A stretch of DNA of 64,000 nucleotides from Vulcanimicrobiota bacterium (GTDB lineage: Bacteria > Vulcanimicrobiota > Xenobia > Xenobiales > JADMJV01). The notes under the pieces are model-generated. The model saw only the letters and a list, made by a program, of their open reading frames with translations, was not told the DNA's origin and did no database searches. The position numbers and the translations under genes were made by a program. The stretch is from the NCBI GenBank assembly GCA_050250895.1, contig JBFWNU010000001.1, positions 2,820,891 to 2,884,890 of the forward strand, given 5' to 3'. Positions within the stretch are counted from its first letter, which is position 1, and the number at the start of each line of letters is the position of its first letter. Below, one piece after another: positions 1 to 12,324 of the stretch.

Positions 1-1731
1 GAGCTCTTCATGGCTGAGAGTCTCGGCCAGCCACGAGTCCTTGTCGATGGACATCAACAGGTTGTAGTGCTCGCGCTCGAAGTCGAGGCCTGTCCAATCG
101 ATGTCGTCATAGAGCGGAATCCAGCCGATGGGGCTCTCGACGGCGTGACCGCGGCCGCGGATGCGGTCAAAGATCCAGCGCAAAATGCGCATGTTCTCGC
201 CGTACCCCGGCCAGGCGAACTTGCCCCGGGCATCCTTGAGGAACCAGTTCACCCGGAAGATGCGGGGCGGGTCGGGCAGATGGCGGCCGACGTTGAGCCA
301 GTGGTTGAAGTAGTCGCCCATGTGGTAGCCGCAAAACGGCAACATGGCCATCGGGTCGCGGCGCAGTTCGCCCACCTTGCCGGCCGCGGCGGCGGTCTTC
401 TCGGAGCCCATCGTGGCTCCCAGATAGACGCCGTGCGACCAGGACAGGGCCTGGAAAATCATCGGCATATCCTGGCTCACCCGGCCGCCGAAAATGATGG
501 CCGAGATGGGCACGCCGTTGGGGTTCTCCCAGTCGGGGTCGACCGAAGGGCACTGCGAGGCCGGGGCGGTGAAGCGAGCATTGGCGTGGGCGGCCGGGCG
601 TCCGCAACTGGGAGTCCAATCCTGGCCCAGCCAGTCGGTCAGCTTGGCCGGAGGCTCGTCGGTCATGCCCTCCCACCAGACGTCCCCTTCGGGAGTCAGG
701 GCCAGGTTGGTGAAGATGCAGTTCGCCTTGAGAGTGGCCATGGCGTTGGGATTGGTCTTCTCTGAGGTGCCCGGAGCCACTCCGAAGAACCCGTACTCGG
801 GATTGATGGCATAAAGCTTGCCGTCCTTGCCTGGCTTGATCCAGGCGATATCGTCGCCCACGGTGGTGATTTTCCAGCCGTCGAAAGCGGTCGGGGGGAT
901 CAACATGGCGAAGTTGGTCTTGCCGCAAGCACTGGGAAACGCCGCCACCACATAGTTCTTCTCGCCTTGAGGCGACTCGATTCCCAGGATCAGCATGTGC
1001 TCAGCCAGCCAGCCCTGGTCGCGGGCCATGCACGAGGCGATGCGCAGAGCGAAGCACTTTTTGCCGAGCAGAGCGTTGCCGCCATAGCCACTGCCATACG
1101 ACCAGATGGAGCGCTCTTCAGGAAAGTGGACAATATACTTGTTGTCGGGGTTACAGGGCCAGGCTACATCCTTCTGGCCGCTAGCTAGAGGCGAGCCGAC
1201 CGAGTGCAGGCAGGGCACGAAGTCCGCGTTGCCGAGGACTTCCCAGACCGCTTGTCCCATGCGGGTCATGATGCGGGTGTTGACCACCACGTAAGGCGAG
1301 TCGGTCAACTGCACGCCGATCTGGGCGATGGGCGAGCCCAGCGGGCCCATGCTGAAGGGCACCACATACATGGTGCGACCCCGCATGGAGCCGTCGAAGA
1401 ATCCGGTGAGCTTGGCCTTCATCTCGCGGGGTTCGGACCAATTGTTCATCGGGCCGGCGTCGTCTTGGCGGCGGCTGCAGATGAAGGTCTGGTGCTCGAC
1501 CCGGGCTACGTCGCGGGGGTCGGACCGGCACAGATAGCTATTAGGGCGAAGCTCTTCGTTGAGGCGGATAAAGGTGCCGGCCTCGACCATCTCCTGGCAC
1601 AGGCGGTCGTATTCTTCCTGACTGCCGTCGCACCAGTAAACGGCCGACGGCTTGCACAGAACGCGCATCTCCTCGACCCAGTCGAGCACGGCTTGATTGG
1701 TGGTTTTAGCTTTTTCAGTAGCGGTTGGCAA
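1..1731 (-). CDS. pckG: Phosphoenolpyruvate carboxykinase (GTP), 3' end outside window
   Basis: Not in ORF track because there is no stop in the window. Manual translation from TTG 1731 (GGAGG upstream) gives [49 protein letters not shown] and VGDDIAW, all typical of GTP-PEPCK. Confidence 0.95.
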   Translation of the reverse strand, partial: MPTATEKAKTTNQAVLDWVEEMRVLCKPSAVYWCDGSQEEYDRLCQEMVEAGTFIRLNEELRPNSYLCRSDPRDVARVEHQTFICSRRQDDAGPMNNWSEPREMKAKLTGFFDGSMRGRTMYVVPFSMGPLGSPIAQIGVQLTDSPYVVVNTRIMTRMGQAVWEVLGNADFVPCLHSVGSPLASGQKDVAWPCNPDNKYIVHFPEERSIWSYGSGYGGNALLGKKCFALRIASCMARDQGWLAEHMLILGIESPQGEKNYVVAAFPSACGKTNFAMLIPPTAFDGWKITTVGDDIAWIKPGKDGKLYAINPEYGFFGVAPGTSEKTNPNAMATLKANCIFTNLALTPEGDVWWEGMTDEPPAKLTDWLGQDWTPSCGRPAAHANARFTAPASQCPSVDPDWENPNGVPISAIIFGGRVSQDMPMIFQALSWSHGVYLGATMGSEKTAAAAGKVGELRRDPMAMLPFCGYHMGDYFNHWLNVGRHLPDPPRIFRVNWFLKDARGKFAWPGYGENMRILRWIFDRIRGRGHAVESPIGWIPLYDDIDWTGLDFEREHYNLLMSIDKDSWLAETLSHEEL

Positions 1732-1843
1732 GATGTTCCTCCATAGAACGGCGAAGTTTTTATCAGTCTATCCATTCCCGCTCGGCGAGCGAATGATACA
1801 GATCATCAGAAATAATTGCCGGCAGATTGCCGACCCACTCCCC

Positions 1844-2188
1844 ATGAGAAGTTTCTTGCTGTTGGTCTTGCTGGCCCTGCCAGCGTCCGCGGACCCCATC
1901 GACCAGCTGGTGACCCGCCTTTCGCAAACCCACGGCCTTTGGATTAACGGGCCATTCCCCGCCTTGTCGTTGGGGTCCGAAGCCACTTGCCAGCAGGTCC
2001 TCGACGAGATGTTCACTCGCATTTCTTTTGACCCGGGCCGGGTGGAGCGCTTCCAGGTGGACGAGCAACGGAACGTGACCATCGATGGCCTCGACTACGT
2101 CGCGGTCAAGCTGACCACGAACCTGGGCCAAAAGATCGTCCTCCTGCGCTACGAGTCCGGATCGGGGTGGTGGACAAGGGTCTACTGA
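1844..2188 (+). CDS. Hypothetical secreted protein
   Basis: Signal-peptide-like MRSFLLLVLLALPASA; GC-rich codon usage; ends just before the FIST gene. Confidence 0.65.
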   Translation: MRSFLLLVLLALPASADPIDQLVTRLSQTHGLWINGPFPALSLGSEATCQQVLDEMFTRISFDPGRVERFQVDEQRNVTIDGLDYVAVKLTTNLGQKIVLLRYESGSGWWTRVY

Positions 2189-2210
2189 GCTCGCAATCGA
2201 ACGAACTCTC

Positions 2211-3319
2211 ATGAAGCTTGTGACCTTTGGCCATTCCCTCGATTCCCCGTGCCAACCTCAGGGCACCGACCTCGACTCTCCCCAAACGCTGGTGTTGGTC
2301 TTTGGCGCCCCGGAATTTCGCGCTCAGCCCGAGGCGTTGGTCACTCTACGCGCTCGGTTTCCCCAGTCGGTGCTGGTGGGCTGCTCGTCTTCCGGCGAGA
2401 TCCTGGGCGAGGAGATCCACGACAAGAGCCTGGCGGTGGCCGTGGCCCACTTCGAAAAGAGCACCCTTCGGTCTGCTTCGACCACGGTCGACGGCGATAG
2501 CCGCAAAGCTGCCCGCGAGCTGGCCGAGCAACTCAAAGGACCCGGCCTCAAGGGAGTGCTGGTGCTCTCGGACGGCCTCAACGTGTCGGGCTCGGAACTC
2601 TCTCGCGGCTTCAACGAGGTGTTGGACGGGGTGGTCGTGACCGGCGGACTGGCCGGCGACGGCGACCGTTTCGCCTCGACCTGGGTGCTGGAGGGAAGCC
2701 AGCCCTCGAGCGGCCGCATCGTCGCGGTGGGCTTCTACGGAACCGACATGCTGGTGGGCTATGGCTCGCGCGGAGGCTGGGACGAGTTTGGTCTCGAACG
2801 CCAGGTGACCCGGGCCAAAGGCAGCGTGCTTTACGAGCTTGACGGCAAGAAGGCGCTGGCTCTCTACAAAGAATACCTGGGCGAATTGGCCAGCGAGTTG
2901 CCCGCCTCGGGCCTGCTCTTTCCCCTCTCCTTGCGCCGCGATGTCCACGACCAGCAGCGCTTCGTGCGGACCATTCTGGCCGTCGACGAAAAGGCCCAGT
3001 CGATGACCTTCGCCGGAGAGATTCCCGAGGGGTATCTGGCCCAACTGATGCACGCCAACTTCGACCGCCTCATTGACGGAGCCGGCGAGGCGGCCAATCT
3101 GGCCCGCGGTGGCCAGTTGGCCATCGCCATCAGCTGCGTGGGACGGCGCCTGGTGCTCGGTCAGCGGGCCGAGGAAGAGGTCGAGACGGCCTTCGAATCG
3201 CTGCCCGAGGGCACCCAGCAGGTCGGCTTCTATTCCTACGGAGAGCTCTCGCCGCAGTCGGACGGAAAGTGCGCGCTGCACAATCAGACAATGACCATGA
3301 CGACTCTGGGAGAACGTTG

Positions 3320-3320
<1 letters not shown>
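2211..3320 (+). CDS. FIST N/C domain sensor protein (NosP-like)
   Basis: Motifs VGCSSSGEI, TGGLAGDG, ISCVGRR, GFYSYGE, LHNQTMT; TGATG overlap with the kinase gene. Confidence 0.9.
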
Positions 3321-5434
<2,114 letters not shown>

Positions 5435-5518
5435 CCGCCTGGCCTTTGGCTGGCTTGACCTGGCTCTTGGCGGGCTGGCGGGTCGAGGCGGGCGGGCGGC
5501 CTGGTGGGCGGCGGGCAC

Positions 5519-5539
5519 ACAACCACTCCGGGTCGTTGT
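5519..5539. repeat. Isolated copy of the 21-bp palindromic repeat ACAACCACTCCGGGTCGTTGT
   Basis: Identical to the second-type unit of the 6440-6896 array, with a similar GGCGGGCA left flank. Confidence 0.9.
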
Positions 5540-5574
5540 CTGGCTGAGGGGCTAGCCAGGGCGGGGATGCAGGA

Positions 5575-5599
5575 AGGTGGGGGGACGGGCCCCCCACCT
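5575..5599. terminator. GC-rich hairpin between convergent genes, possible terminator
   Basis: AGGTGGGGGG-acggg-CCCCCCACCT perfect 10-bp stem; no clear U-tract. Confidence 0.5.
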
Positions 5600-5619
5600 C
5601 CTCGCTCGCGGATACCGGT

Positions 5620-6240
5620 CTACCTGGTCGGCTTAGTGTCGAGTCCGAAGGGCTTGATGCCTCCGCCATCGCTGTCGCTGTCGGACGGATAGCGCAGGGT
5701 GGCGATGGGCCCGCCCGGCTTCACGCCGCCCGGTCCGCCGGGTTTGAGACCTCCGCCATCGCTGTCGCTATCGGACGGATAGCGCAGGGTGGCAATCCCG
5801 GTGCCGGGAGGCTGGCTGCCCGGGTTGCCAGGCTTGATTCCCCCCGGCCCGCCCGGCTTAATCCCCCCGCCGTCGCTGTCGCTGTCTGACGGATAGCGCA
5901 AAGTGGCGATGCCAGCGCCCGGAGGCTTTGGGCCACCGGGCTTGCCGGGCTTTGAGCCGCCATCGCTGTCACTGTCGGACGGGTAGCGCAAGGTGGCGAT
6001 ACCCGCTCCGCCAGGCTTGGAGCCAGACTGCCCTTCCAGGAAGTTATTGAAGAACGGGTTGGCGCTCTTGGCTTCGCCGGCCTTGCCGCCCAGTGAGTCC
6101 CACTTGGAGCCAAGCAGCTGATTGGCTGCTCGCGTCTGCAGTCCGTCCGGCTTTTTGGCGGTTGACTGAGCGGCCGGCGCCGCCTTCTTCGGCAGCTGGA
6201 TATTGTTATTGGTTTTGACTTTGTGGCTGGTGTTGATCAT
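5620..6240 (-). CDS. Multi-core graspetide (marinostatin/microviridin-like) RiPP precursor, 4 cores
   Basis: Leader motif NPFFNNFLEGQ (cf. microviridin PFFARFL); four IATLRYPSDSDSDGG cores (cf. marinostatin FATMRYPSDSDE) separated by Gly/Pro/Lys linkers; AAGGAG RBS. Confidence 0.85.
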   Translation of the reverse strand: MINTSHKVKTNNNIQLPKKAAPAAQSTAKKPDGLQTRAANQLLGSKWDSLGGKAGEAKSANPFFNNFLEGQSGSKPGGAGIATLRYPSDSDSDGGSKPGKPGGPKPPGAGIATLRYPSDSDSDGGGIKPGGPGGIKPGNPGSQPPGTGIATLRYPSDSDSDGGGLKPGGPGGVKPGGPIATLRYPSDSDSDGGGIKPFGLDTKPTR

Positions 6241-6439
6241 TGGTTCTCCTTCACACTTGCCTTCAGTCTAGGGTGGCTCGCTCTCGCTGGGTTTTGCCGA
6301 ATTGTTTCCGGTGTTGCCGTCTTGTAACAGCCTTGCGTCGGCTTGCGTCGCCGGGCAGTGACGAGGGAGTGTCGCTCCAAGCAGATTTAAAGGCTGGCTC
6401 GGCGGTGGGGCTGGCCTGGTGGGCTTGGCGGGCGGGCAG

Positions 6440-6896
6440 ACAACCACCCCGGGTCGTTGTAAACAACCACTCCGGGTCGTTGTCCGGGCTGGCTCGACGG
6501 GCGGCGGGCAGGCAACCACCCCGGGTCGTTGTAAACAACCACTCCGGGTCGTTGTCCGGGCTGGCTCGACGAGCGGCGGGCAGACAACCACCCCGGGTCG
6601 TTGTAAACAACCACTCCGGGTCGTTGTCCGGGCTGGCCTGGTGGGCTTGGCGGGCAGACAACCACCCCGGGTCGTTGTAAACAACCACTCCGGGTCGTTG
6701 TCCGGGCTGGCCTGGTGGGCTTGGCGGGCAGACAACCACCCCGGGTCGTTGTAAACAACCACTCCGGGTCGTTGTCCGGGCTGGCCCGACGGGCGGCGGG
6801 CAGACAACCACCCCGGGTCGTTGTCCGGACTGGCCCGACGAGCGGCGGGCAGACAACCACCCCGGGTCGTTGTAAACAACCGCCTCGGGTCGTTGT
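6440..6896. repeat. REP/BIME-like array: 13 copies of a 21-bp imperfect palindrome (6 doublets + 1 singlet), period about 72-74 bp
   Basis: Units ACAACCAC[C/T]CCGGGTCGTTGT at 6440, 6463, 6512, 6535, 6584, 6607, 6658, 6681, 6732, 6755, 6804, 6853 and 6876 (two are variant). Doublets are joined by AA; linkers fall into two recurring classes. Confidence 0.9.
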
Positions 6897-7015
6897 CCGG
6901 GCTGGCCCGGTGGGTGGGGTTGGTCAGGCCGCGTTAATATTCTTGGAACATCGCGGAAATGTCCGGGCAACAGACTGGCAACGGCTGGGCAAAGCCAGTG
7001 GTTCAGGATAAGAGC

Positions 7016-7786
7016 ATGTTCCAACCACTCTTTCCCCACATCCTCAGAAAGCGCCGGCTAGCCCACAAGCTTCGGCAGAATGAACTGGCCAGACTGTGCG
7101 GTATTCCAGCCAAGAAGATGACCATGTTCGAGCGGGGCCTGCGCGTGCCGTCAGCCGATGAACTGGCCAGGCTCGAATGGGAGCTGGGCTCGTTCTACGG
7201 CTGCTCGTTTCGCCCTCCGCGCTATCAAGAGACCCTGCGCAACCAGGCCAGCCGTCTTTGCCAAACGCCCGAACCGTTCTTTCCTCCCAAGGACCGGTCG
7301 AACGCCGTCCGCTACCGGGCCGCTCTCCATCGCTATCCCGAGCTGGTGGCGAAGTTGACGCAGCGTATCCGAGCCCGGCCGGATTTCGAACTGGTCAACT
7401 ACTTCAGCGAGGCGATTGCCAGCGGCTCGGCCGAGGAGTGCTTGTATCTGATGCATCTGCTCGCCCAGGGCGGGCAGCCTGGCTTGCTCGTGCCAACCAA
7501 TCTGGGCTGGCTTCCTCACCCGGTGGTCGACCCCGACACGAGAGAGTGGGTCAGCCACCGGCCCCTGCCGTTGGTGGTCGTCGGGCAATCGTATTACTTT
7601 CTCCAGGTGTCTTTCGCCACGCCGGTCCTCTACTCGGTCGACGTGCTGCGGTGGGACGGCCGCTGGACCGTCGTCGAGATTGATGGCGAGGGGCACCGGG
7701 GCAAGGGGGACGAAGAGAAAGAGGCAGCGGTGAAGCTGCCCTTTGAGCGGATCAAGACGGCCGAGCTGCTGCGGCTGGTTCAGTAG
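7016..7786 (+). CDS. XRE-type HTH protein with C-terminal DUF559/Vsr-like PD-(D/E)XK nuclease-like domain
   Basis: N-terminal HTH LRKRRLAHKLRQNELARLCGI...FERGLRVPS; C-terminal YSVDVL...VVEIDGEGH. Confidence 0.65.
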   Translation: MFQPLFPHILRKRRLAHKLRQNELARLCGIPAKKMTMFERGLRVPSADELARLEWELGSFYGCSFRPPRYQETLRNQASRLCQTPEPFFPPKDRSNAVRYRAALHRYPELVAKLTQRIRARPDFELVNYFSEAIASGSAEECLYLMHLLAQGGQPGLLVPTNLGWLPHPVVDPDTREWVSHRPLPLVVVGQSYYFLQVSFATPVLYSVDVLRWDGRWTVVEIDGEGHRGKGDEEKEAAVKLPFERIKTAELLRLVQ

Positions 7787-8196
7787 TCGAAGACCTTGTC
7801 GGCCTCCAGGATCATCTTGGCCATACTATCGGCATCGAGGAACTGGGCTCCCTCGCGCAGGTTCTCGGAGGTGATGCCGGCGGCGTCGGCGCAGTGGGGG
7901 CAGACCAGAGTCTTGCCACCGCTCTTGGCGTAGTTGTCATAGAGAGCGTCGAGGGGAGTCGAGCCGCCCCACTGCAGGTCGAGGGGCTGGCGTTTGTCGA
8001 CCAGACGCACGCCCTCGCGGTCGACGAAGAGAACGACGTCGAGGCCGTTCTGGGCTCCGACGGTCGCGATCTTGAGAGCCATCGAGGCGGCGTGCAGGTC
8101 GTCTGTGCAGTGGCTCAGATGCACCAGCAACGTCTCGGCCGAGGCCGACAAGGACAGAGTGAGGGCGAGCAGGCTCGCCAGCAAAAGTTTCTTCAT
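7780..8196 (-). CDS. Secreted DsrE/DsrF-family protein
   Basis: Signal peptide; LFVDREGV, VCPHCA, C-terminal ADKVFDY. Confidence 0.75.
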   Translation of the reverse strand: MKKLLLASLLALTLSLSASAETLLVHLSHCTDDLHAASMALKIATVGAQNGLDVVLFVDREGVRLVDKRQPLDLQWGGSTPLDALYDNYAKSGGKTLVCPHCADAAGITSENLREGAQFLDADSMAKMILEADKVFDY

Positions 8197-8258
8197 GGCG
8201 GCATTCTAGGGCAGCCGGTCAGGACTGCCTATGACCGCGATCAGTTACAGGAGGACAC

Positions 8259-8879
8259 GTGAGCAAGTTCAAATATCCGAAGGTGCGACCTACATTCCAG
8301 GCTCCCGGGGCCACCGAGCCGGCCGTCGAGATGTTCGAGCGCTTCCTGGCCGAAGGAGGCCCTTTCCGCGATGGCGAGTCGATTCAGCTGAGCTGGATGT
8401 GGCTGCAAGTGGCTCAGCAGGGCGATGGCCTGGTCATCCTCGCGCCCAGGTTGGGGAGCATGCCGATGGAGTTTCATGACGATTGCTCGCGGGCGCTGGT
8501 GCTCAACCTGACGCAGCGTTACATTTGTGACAGCTTTGGGGTGAGCCCGAGCCCGTGCAATGCCCGTCAGGCCGCTCTGGTCGTCAAGGACCTGGACCGC
8601 TGCCAGAAGGTCTTCATGAATCGCCTCGGGCCCGAAGAGGCGAGCGACTCCGGCTGGTATTTCGACAGTCCCGAAAGCCAGCTAGATGCCAACGACCCGG
8701 ACAGCCTGGAATATCTCAGTTTGTGGGAGTTGGCCGGACGCTACCCCCTGGCGCTGGACTTCTTTTTGCTGCCCACCGATTGGCAGGTCGCCTTACAGGC
8801 CGCTCCGACCGTGTTGCAGAGCTTCAAGCCGGTTGCGGCCCGCCCGAACTCCTACTACGCTCTGCGTTACCCGGGCTGA
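8259..8879 (+). CDS. Imm33/DUF2185-like immunity protein
   Basis: GGAGG RBS with GTG start; GESIQLSWM, SDSGWYF and FFLLP motifs. Confidence 0.6.
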   Translation: MSKFKYPKVRPTFQAPGATEPAVEMFERFLAEGGPFRDGESIQLSWMWLQVAQQGDGLVILAPRLGSMPMEFHDDCSRALVLNLTQRYICDSFGVSPSPCNARQAALVVKDLDRCQKVFMNRLGPEEASDSGWYFDSPESQLDANDPDSLEYLSLWELAGRYPLALDFFLLPTDWQVALQAAPTVLQSFKPVAARPNSYYALRYPG

Positions 8880-11800
8880 ACACGCCGGCCCGGGCCAACA
8901 GTTCGCCGGCTTTGGCCTCATGCTCGGCGGCCTTGGAACCCTCCCCATAGTAGCGAGTCAGCGCCTGGTGGCAATGGGCTTGCTGGAGGGGATTGTCGAC
9001 GGCCTGCAGGGCGTCGAGAGCCTCGAGCAAGATCACCAGGGCCTGGTCGCGCTGGCCGATGCGCTCGAGTAGCTCGCCGCGACAACGCAGCACGATGGCC
9101 TGATAAATGGGATGGCTCGACACTTCTTTGCGGATGCGGTCCAGGCGGGCCAGGCCGGCCGGGTCCGCCAGTAGCGGCAGGCAGCACGCCTCGAGCAAGA
9201 GCGATTCGATCAGGAAGTAGTCGAAGTGGCGACGACGGCAATCGCGAGCCGCCTCCTGGCTGTGAGCCCGAGCGGCGGCGGGATTGTCGAGGGCTAGCTG
9301 ATGCCAGCCGCGGGCCAGGGTCACCACCACGCTCACCAGGGGCAGCTTGAGGCGCTCCTCCCACTCTTCGGCCTCGGCCAGAAAGCGCCGCGAGAACGCG
9401 AGGTCGCCCTGGCGGGCCGAAATGGCCGTCAGCTCCACGCTGGTCAGGGCCAGCGAGATCTTGTTGCCGGTGCGCAGAGCGTAGTTGCGTCCGGCCTCGG
9501 CGTGGCGGCGCGAGGCGGCCAGGTCGCCCAGGTCGCGATAGACCAACTGCACGATGGAGTGATGTAGCGACATGCCGTGGATGTCACCCACCCGGTCGGC
9601 CACTTCCAGGCTGTAGAGCAGCACTCGCAGGGCATTCGCCGTGTCACCCACCGTGGTCATCAGATAGCCGCACTCGCGCAACAGCGAGGCCTTTTCGAGG
9701 CTATCCGACTGGGTCTCGCGCACCACCGCCGCCAGCTTGCGCAGGCGGGCCCGGGCGGTGGGCAGCGAGATGCGCGACAGCAGCGTGAGGGAGTAAGCCT
9801 CCAGCAAGCCCGCCTCGTAGTAGGCCGGATTCTCGCTGGCCTGGCGTCCGGCGTAGAGCTTCTGGCGCAGGCTGATCTCGAGGGTGTCGAGCAGCCAGCC
9901 GCGCGGACCCAGAAAGAACAACACCCGGGCCAGCCGGTCCAGGCAACGCCGCACCTCTTCGTTGCCCCGGCTGAGCAGCAGCCGCAGGGGAGTCGACAGG
10001 GTGGCCACCAGGCCGTCCGAGGGCAGGCGGGTGCCGAAGGTGGACAGAGCCGAGCGATAGTGGGCTCGGGCCTGGCGCAGGTCGCCCATCCGCTCGCAGC
10101 AGACTCCCAGCTTGCGCTGCAGGCGGCCGCGACCGGCCCGGTCGGCCGAAGAGAGCAGCTCTTGGTAGATGGGCAGGGCCTCTTGCGAGTGGCCGCTGCC
10201 GTCGAGGGCGTCGGCCAGCTTCTCGGACAGGGCGGGCGAGGGAGCCAGCTGACTACAGGCCCGATAGGCCTCGGCCGCCTGGGCATAACCGAAGGTGGCC
10301 ATGGCCGCGTCACCGGCTTTGAGCAGCTGCTCGGCTGCCAGCTGGTTCTGACCACTGGCCTGATAGTGGTGAGCCAGGCGCAAAGCCGGACCCCCTAACC
10401 TGGCCAGTGCAGCCGCCGCCCGGGCGTGCAGGTCGGTCAGCTGCTGACCTTCGAGCAACACCTCGAGCACCGGCTGATTGGCGAAGCTATACACGCCATG
10501 CTCGCGCTCTTGGAGCACCTTGCGGGCGCACAACCGCTCCAGGCTCTCGAGCAACTGCTCGCCGGCCAACTCGCAGGCCGCCATCAGCAACTCGAAGCCG
10601 AACTCGCTGCCCAGCACCGCCGCCTGGCGAGCGATGGCCACATCGACCGCGTCCAGGTCGGCCAGGCGCCGCTCCACCGCCTCGCGCACCGAGCCCGGTA
10701 GCTTGCTGCCGCCGTCGGAAGGTCGGGCCATCACCTGGGTCTCGAGGCGCCAGGCTCCGTCCACCAGGCGCAGCTTCTCTTCGGCCACGAACGTCTTGAG
10801 AATCTCGCTCAAGAACAGCGGGTTGCCTCCGGTCTCGGCAAACAGCCGCCGGCCCGCCTCGGGAGCAAGCTCGGCAAAGCCCAGCATCGAGCGCACCATG
10901 GCCACCGACTGGCCCTCGTCGAGCGGCTCGAGGCGCACCACCGGTTGCCCGGCCAGCTCAGCCGGAGCCCGCTCGCAACTGGCCACCACCGCCACCTGGC
11001 TCTCGGCCCGGGCCAGATAGACCAGAAACTCGAGGCTGGCCGGATCGAGCAACTCGAGGTCGTCGACCACCAGCACCAGCCCCTCTTCACCGGCCAGCCG
11101 GCCCAGCAGGCGCACCATGCCTTCGAACAGGCGAAAGCGCAGGGCCGGATCGCCGGCCTGGGCGGGTTGTTCGGAGAGCTCGGGCAAGAGCAGCGACAAA
11201 GGCTTGCGAAAGGCCTCAAGACTCGGGTCCAGCCCCGACCCCACCGCCCGCCGCAGCCAGGGCAGCCAGGCTCCGAACACCTCCGAGCCGGGCTCGACCC
11301 ACAGCACGGGACGCCCCGGCCGGCGCAGATCGTCGGCCGCCTCTTGCAGAAAGCGGGTCTTGCCCACGCCGCTGGCCGCCTCGACCAGCACCATCCGCTG
11401 GCCGGCCAGTCGCCCCAGCTCGGCCTCGCGCCCCACCAGCCGCGGAGTCAGCAGCTGCTCGGGAGCCCGCGACACCTCGGCTCCGCCTCGCCCGAACAGG
11501 TCGTTCCACTCGGCCAGCAGCTCGCCGGCGCTCTGGAACCGGTCGGCCGGCTCCTTCTCGAGCAACTTCTCGATGAGCCGGGCCAGCCGCTCGGGCACCC
11601 AGTCGGCAAGCTCGCGCACGGGCCTGGGCGGGTCGTGCAAAATCGCGCACAACACGGCCACCAGCTCTTCCTGGTCAAAGGGCAGCTGGCCGGTGGTCAG
11701 TTCATACAGCATCACACCCAGGCTGTAGAGGTCGGCGCGAAAGTCCACCTCTTGCCCGCCCACCAGCTCGGGAGCCATATAGTGCACCGTGCCCACGATC

Positions 11801-12315
11801 ACCGAGGGGTCGGTCATCAAAGTGGTCGCCTCGGCCCGCCGGGCCAGGCCAAAATCCAGCAAGCGCGGCTGCCCGTCGGGTTGCACCAGCACGTTTTCGG
11901 GCTTGAGGTCGCGATGCAAGACTCCGTGGCGATGGATGTACAACACGCCCTCGAGCAAGCGAGCGAACAGCTCGCTCAGCCGCTCGAGCCACCCCTCGCC
12001 GGGCGGCCCCAGGTAGGCCCGCATCGAGCTGCCCTGGACCAGCTCGAGGGTGTAATACGGCTGCTCGTCGACCTCGCCCAGCTCGAAGACCGGCACCAGG
12101 CTGGGGTGGGAGAGCCCCGAGGCCACCCGAAACTCGCGCCGAAAGCGCAGACGGTCGTGGAGCGTGATGGCCACCGCCGGACGCAGCAGCTTCAGGGCCA
12201 CCTCGTCGTCGCCCCTGGCCACTCGATAGACGCGCCCCATTCCCCCCTGGCCGAGAAACTCGAGCACCCGGTGGCCGTCGATCTCTTTGGGATGCACCAT
12301 CCCCCCGGCTTCCAC
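8824..12315 (-). CDS. Ser/Thr protein kinase fused to AAA (STAND-like) ATPase and helical/TPR repeats
   Basis: LGQGGMGRVY, HRDLKPEN, DFGLA, YMAPE; P-loop SGVGKT, Walker B VVDDL, TGGNPLF. Alternative start ATG 12300. Confidence 0.9.
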   Translation of the reverse strand: MEAGGMVHPKEIDGHRVLEFLGQGGMGRVYRVARGDDEVALKLLRPAVAITLHDRLRFRREFRVASGLSHPSLVPVFELGEVDEQPYYTLELVQGSSMRAYLGPPGEGWLERLSELFARLLEGVLYIHRHGVLHRDLKPENVLVQPDGQPRLLDFGLARRAEATTLMTDPSVIVGTVHYMAPELVGGQEVDFRADLYSLGVMLYELTTGQLPFDQEELVAVLCAILHDPPRPVRELADWVPERLARLIEKLLEKEPADRFQSAGELLAEWNDLFGRGGAEVSRAPEQLLTPRLVGREAELGRLAGQRMVLVEAASGVGKTRFLQEAADDLRRPGRPVLWVEPGSEVFGAWLPWLRRAVGSGLDPSLEAFRKPLSLLLPELSEQPAQAGDPALRFRLFEGMVRLLGRLAGEEGLVLVVDDLELLDPASLEFLVYLARAESQVAVVASCERAPAELAGQPVVRLEPLDEGQSVAMVRSMLGFAELAPEAGRRLFAETGGNPLFLSEILKTFVAEEKLRLVDGAWRLETQVMARPSDGGSKLPGSVREAVERRLADLDAVDVAIARQAAVLGSEFGFELLMAACELAGEQLLESLERLCARKVLQEREHGVYSFANQPVLEVLLEGQQLTDLHARAAAALARLGGPALRLAHHYQASGQNQLAAEQLLKAGDAAMATFGYAQAAEAYRACSQLAPSPALSEKLADALDGSGHSQEALPIYQELLSSADRAGRGRLQRKLGVCCERMGDLRQARAHYRSALSTFGTRLPSDGLVATLSTPLRLLLSRGNEEVRRCLDRLARVLFFLGPRGWLLDTLEISLRQKLYAGRQASENPAYYEAGLLEAYSLTLLSRISLPTARARLRKLAAVVRETQSDSLEKASLLRECGYLMTTVGDTANALRVLLYSLEVADRVGDIHGMSLHHSIVQLVYRDLGDLAASRRHAEAGRNYALRTGNKISLALTSVELTAISARQGDLAFSRRFLAEAEEWEERLKLPLVSVVVTLARGWHQLALDNPAAARAHSQEAARDCRRRHFDYFLIESLLLEACCLPLLADPAGLARLDRIRKEVSSHPIYQAIVLRCRGELLERIGQRDQALVILLEALDALQAVDNPLQQAHCHQALTRYYGEGSKAAEHEAKAGELLARAGVFSPGNAERSRSSGGPQPA

Positions 12316-12324
12316 CTGGCTTGT

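Noticed and set aside
6440-6896. CRISPR array
   Set aside because: The intervening sequences are not unique spacers (two recurring linker classes and 2-bp AA joins), and no cas genes are in the window.
6240-7039. Several overlapping repetitive ORFs on both strands
   Set aside because: They are translations of the DNA repeat; conservation is at nucleotide and palindrome level.
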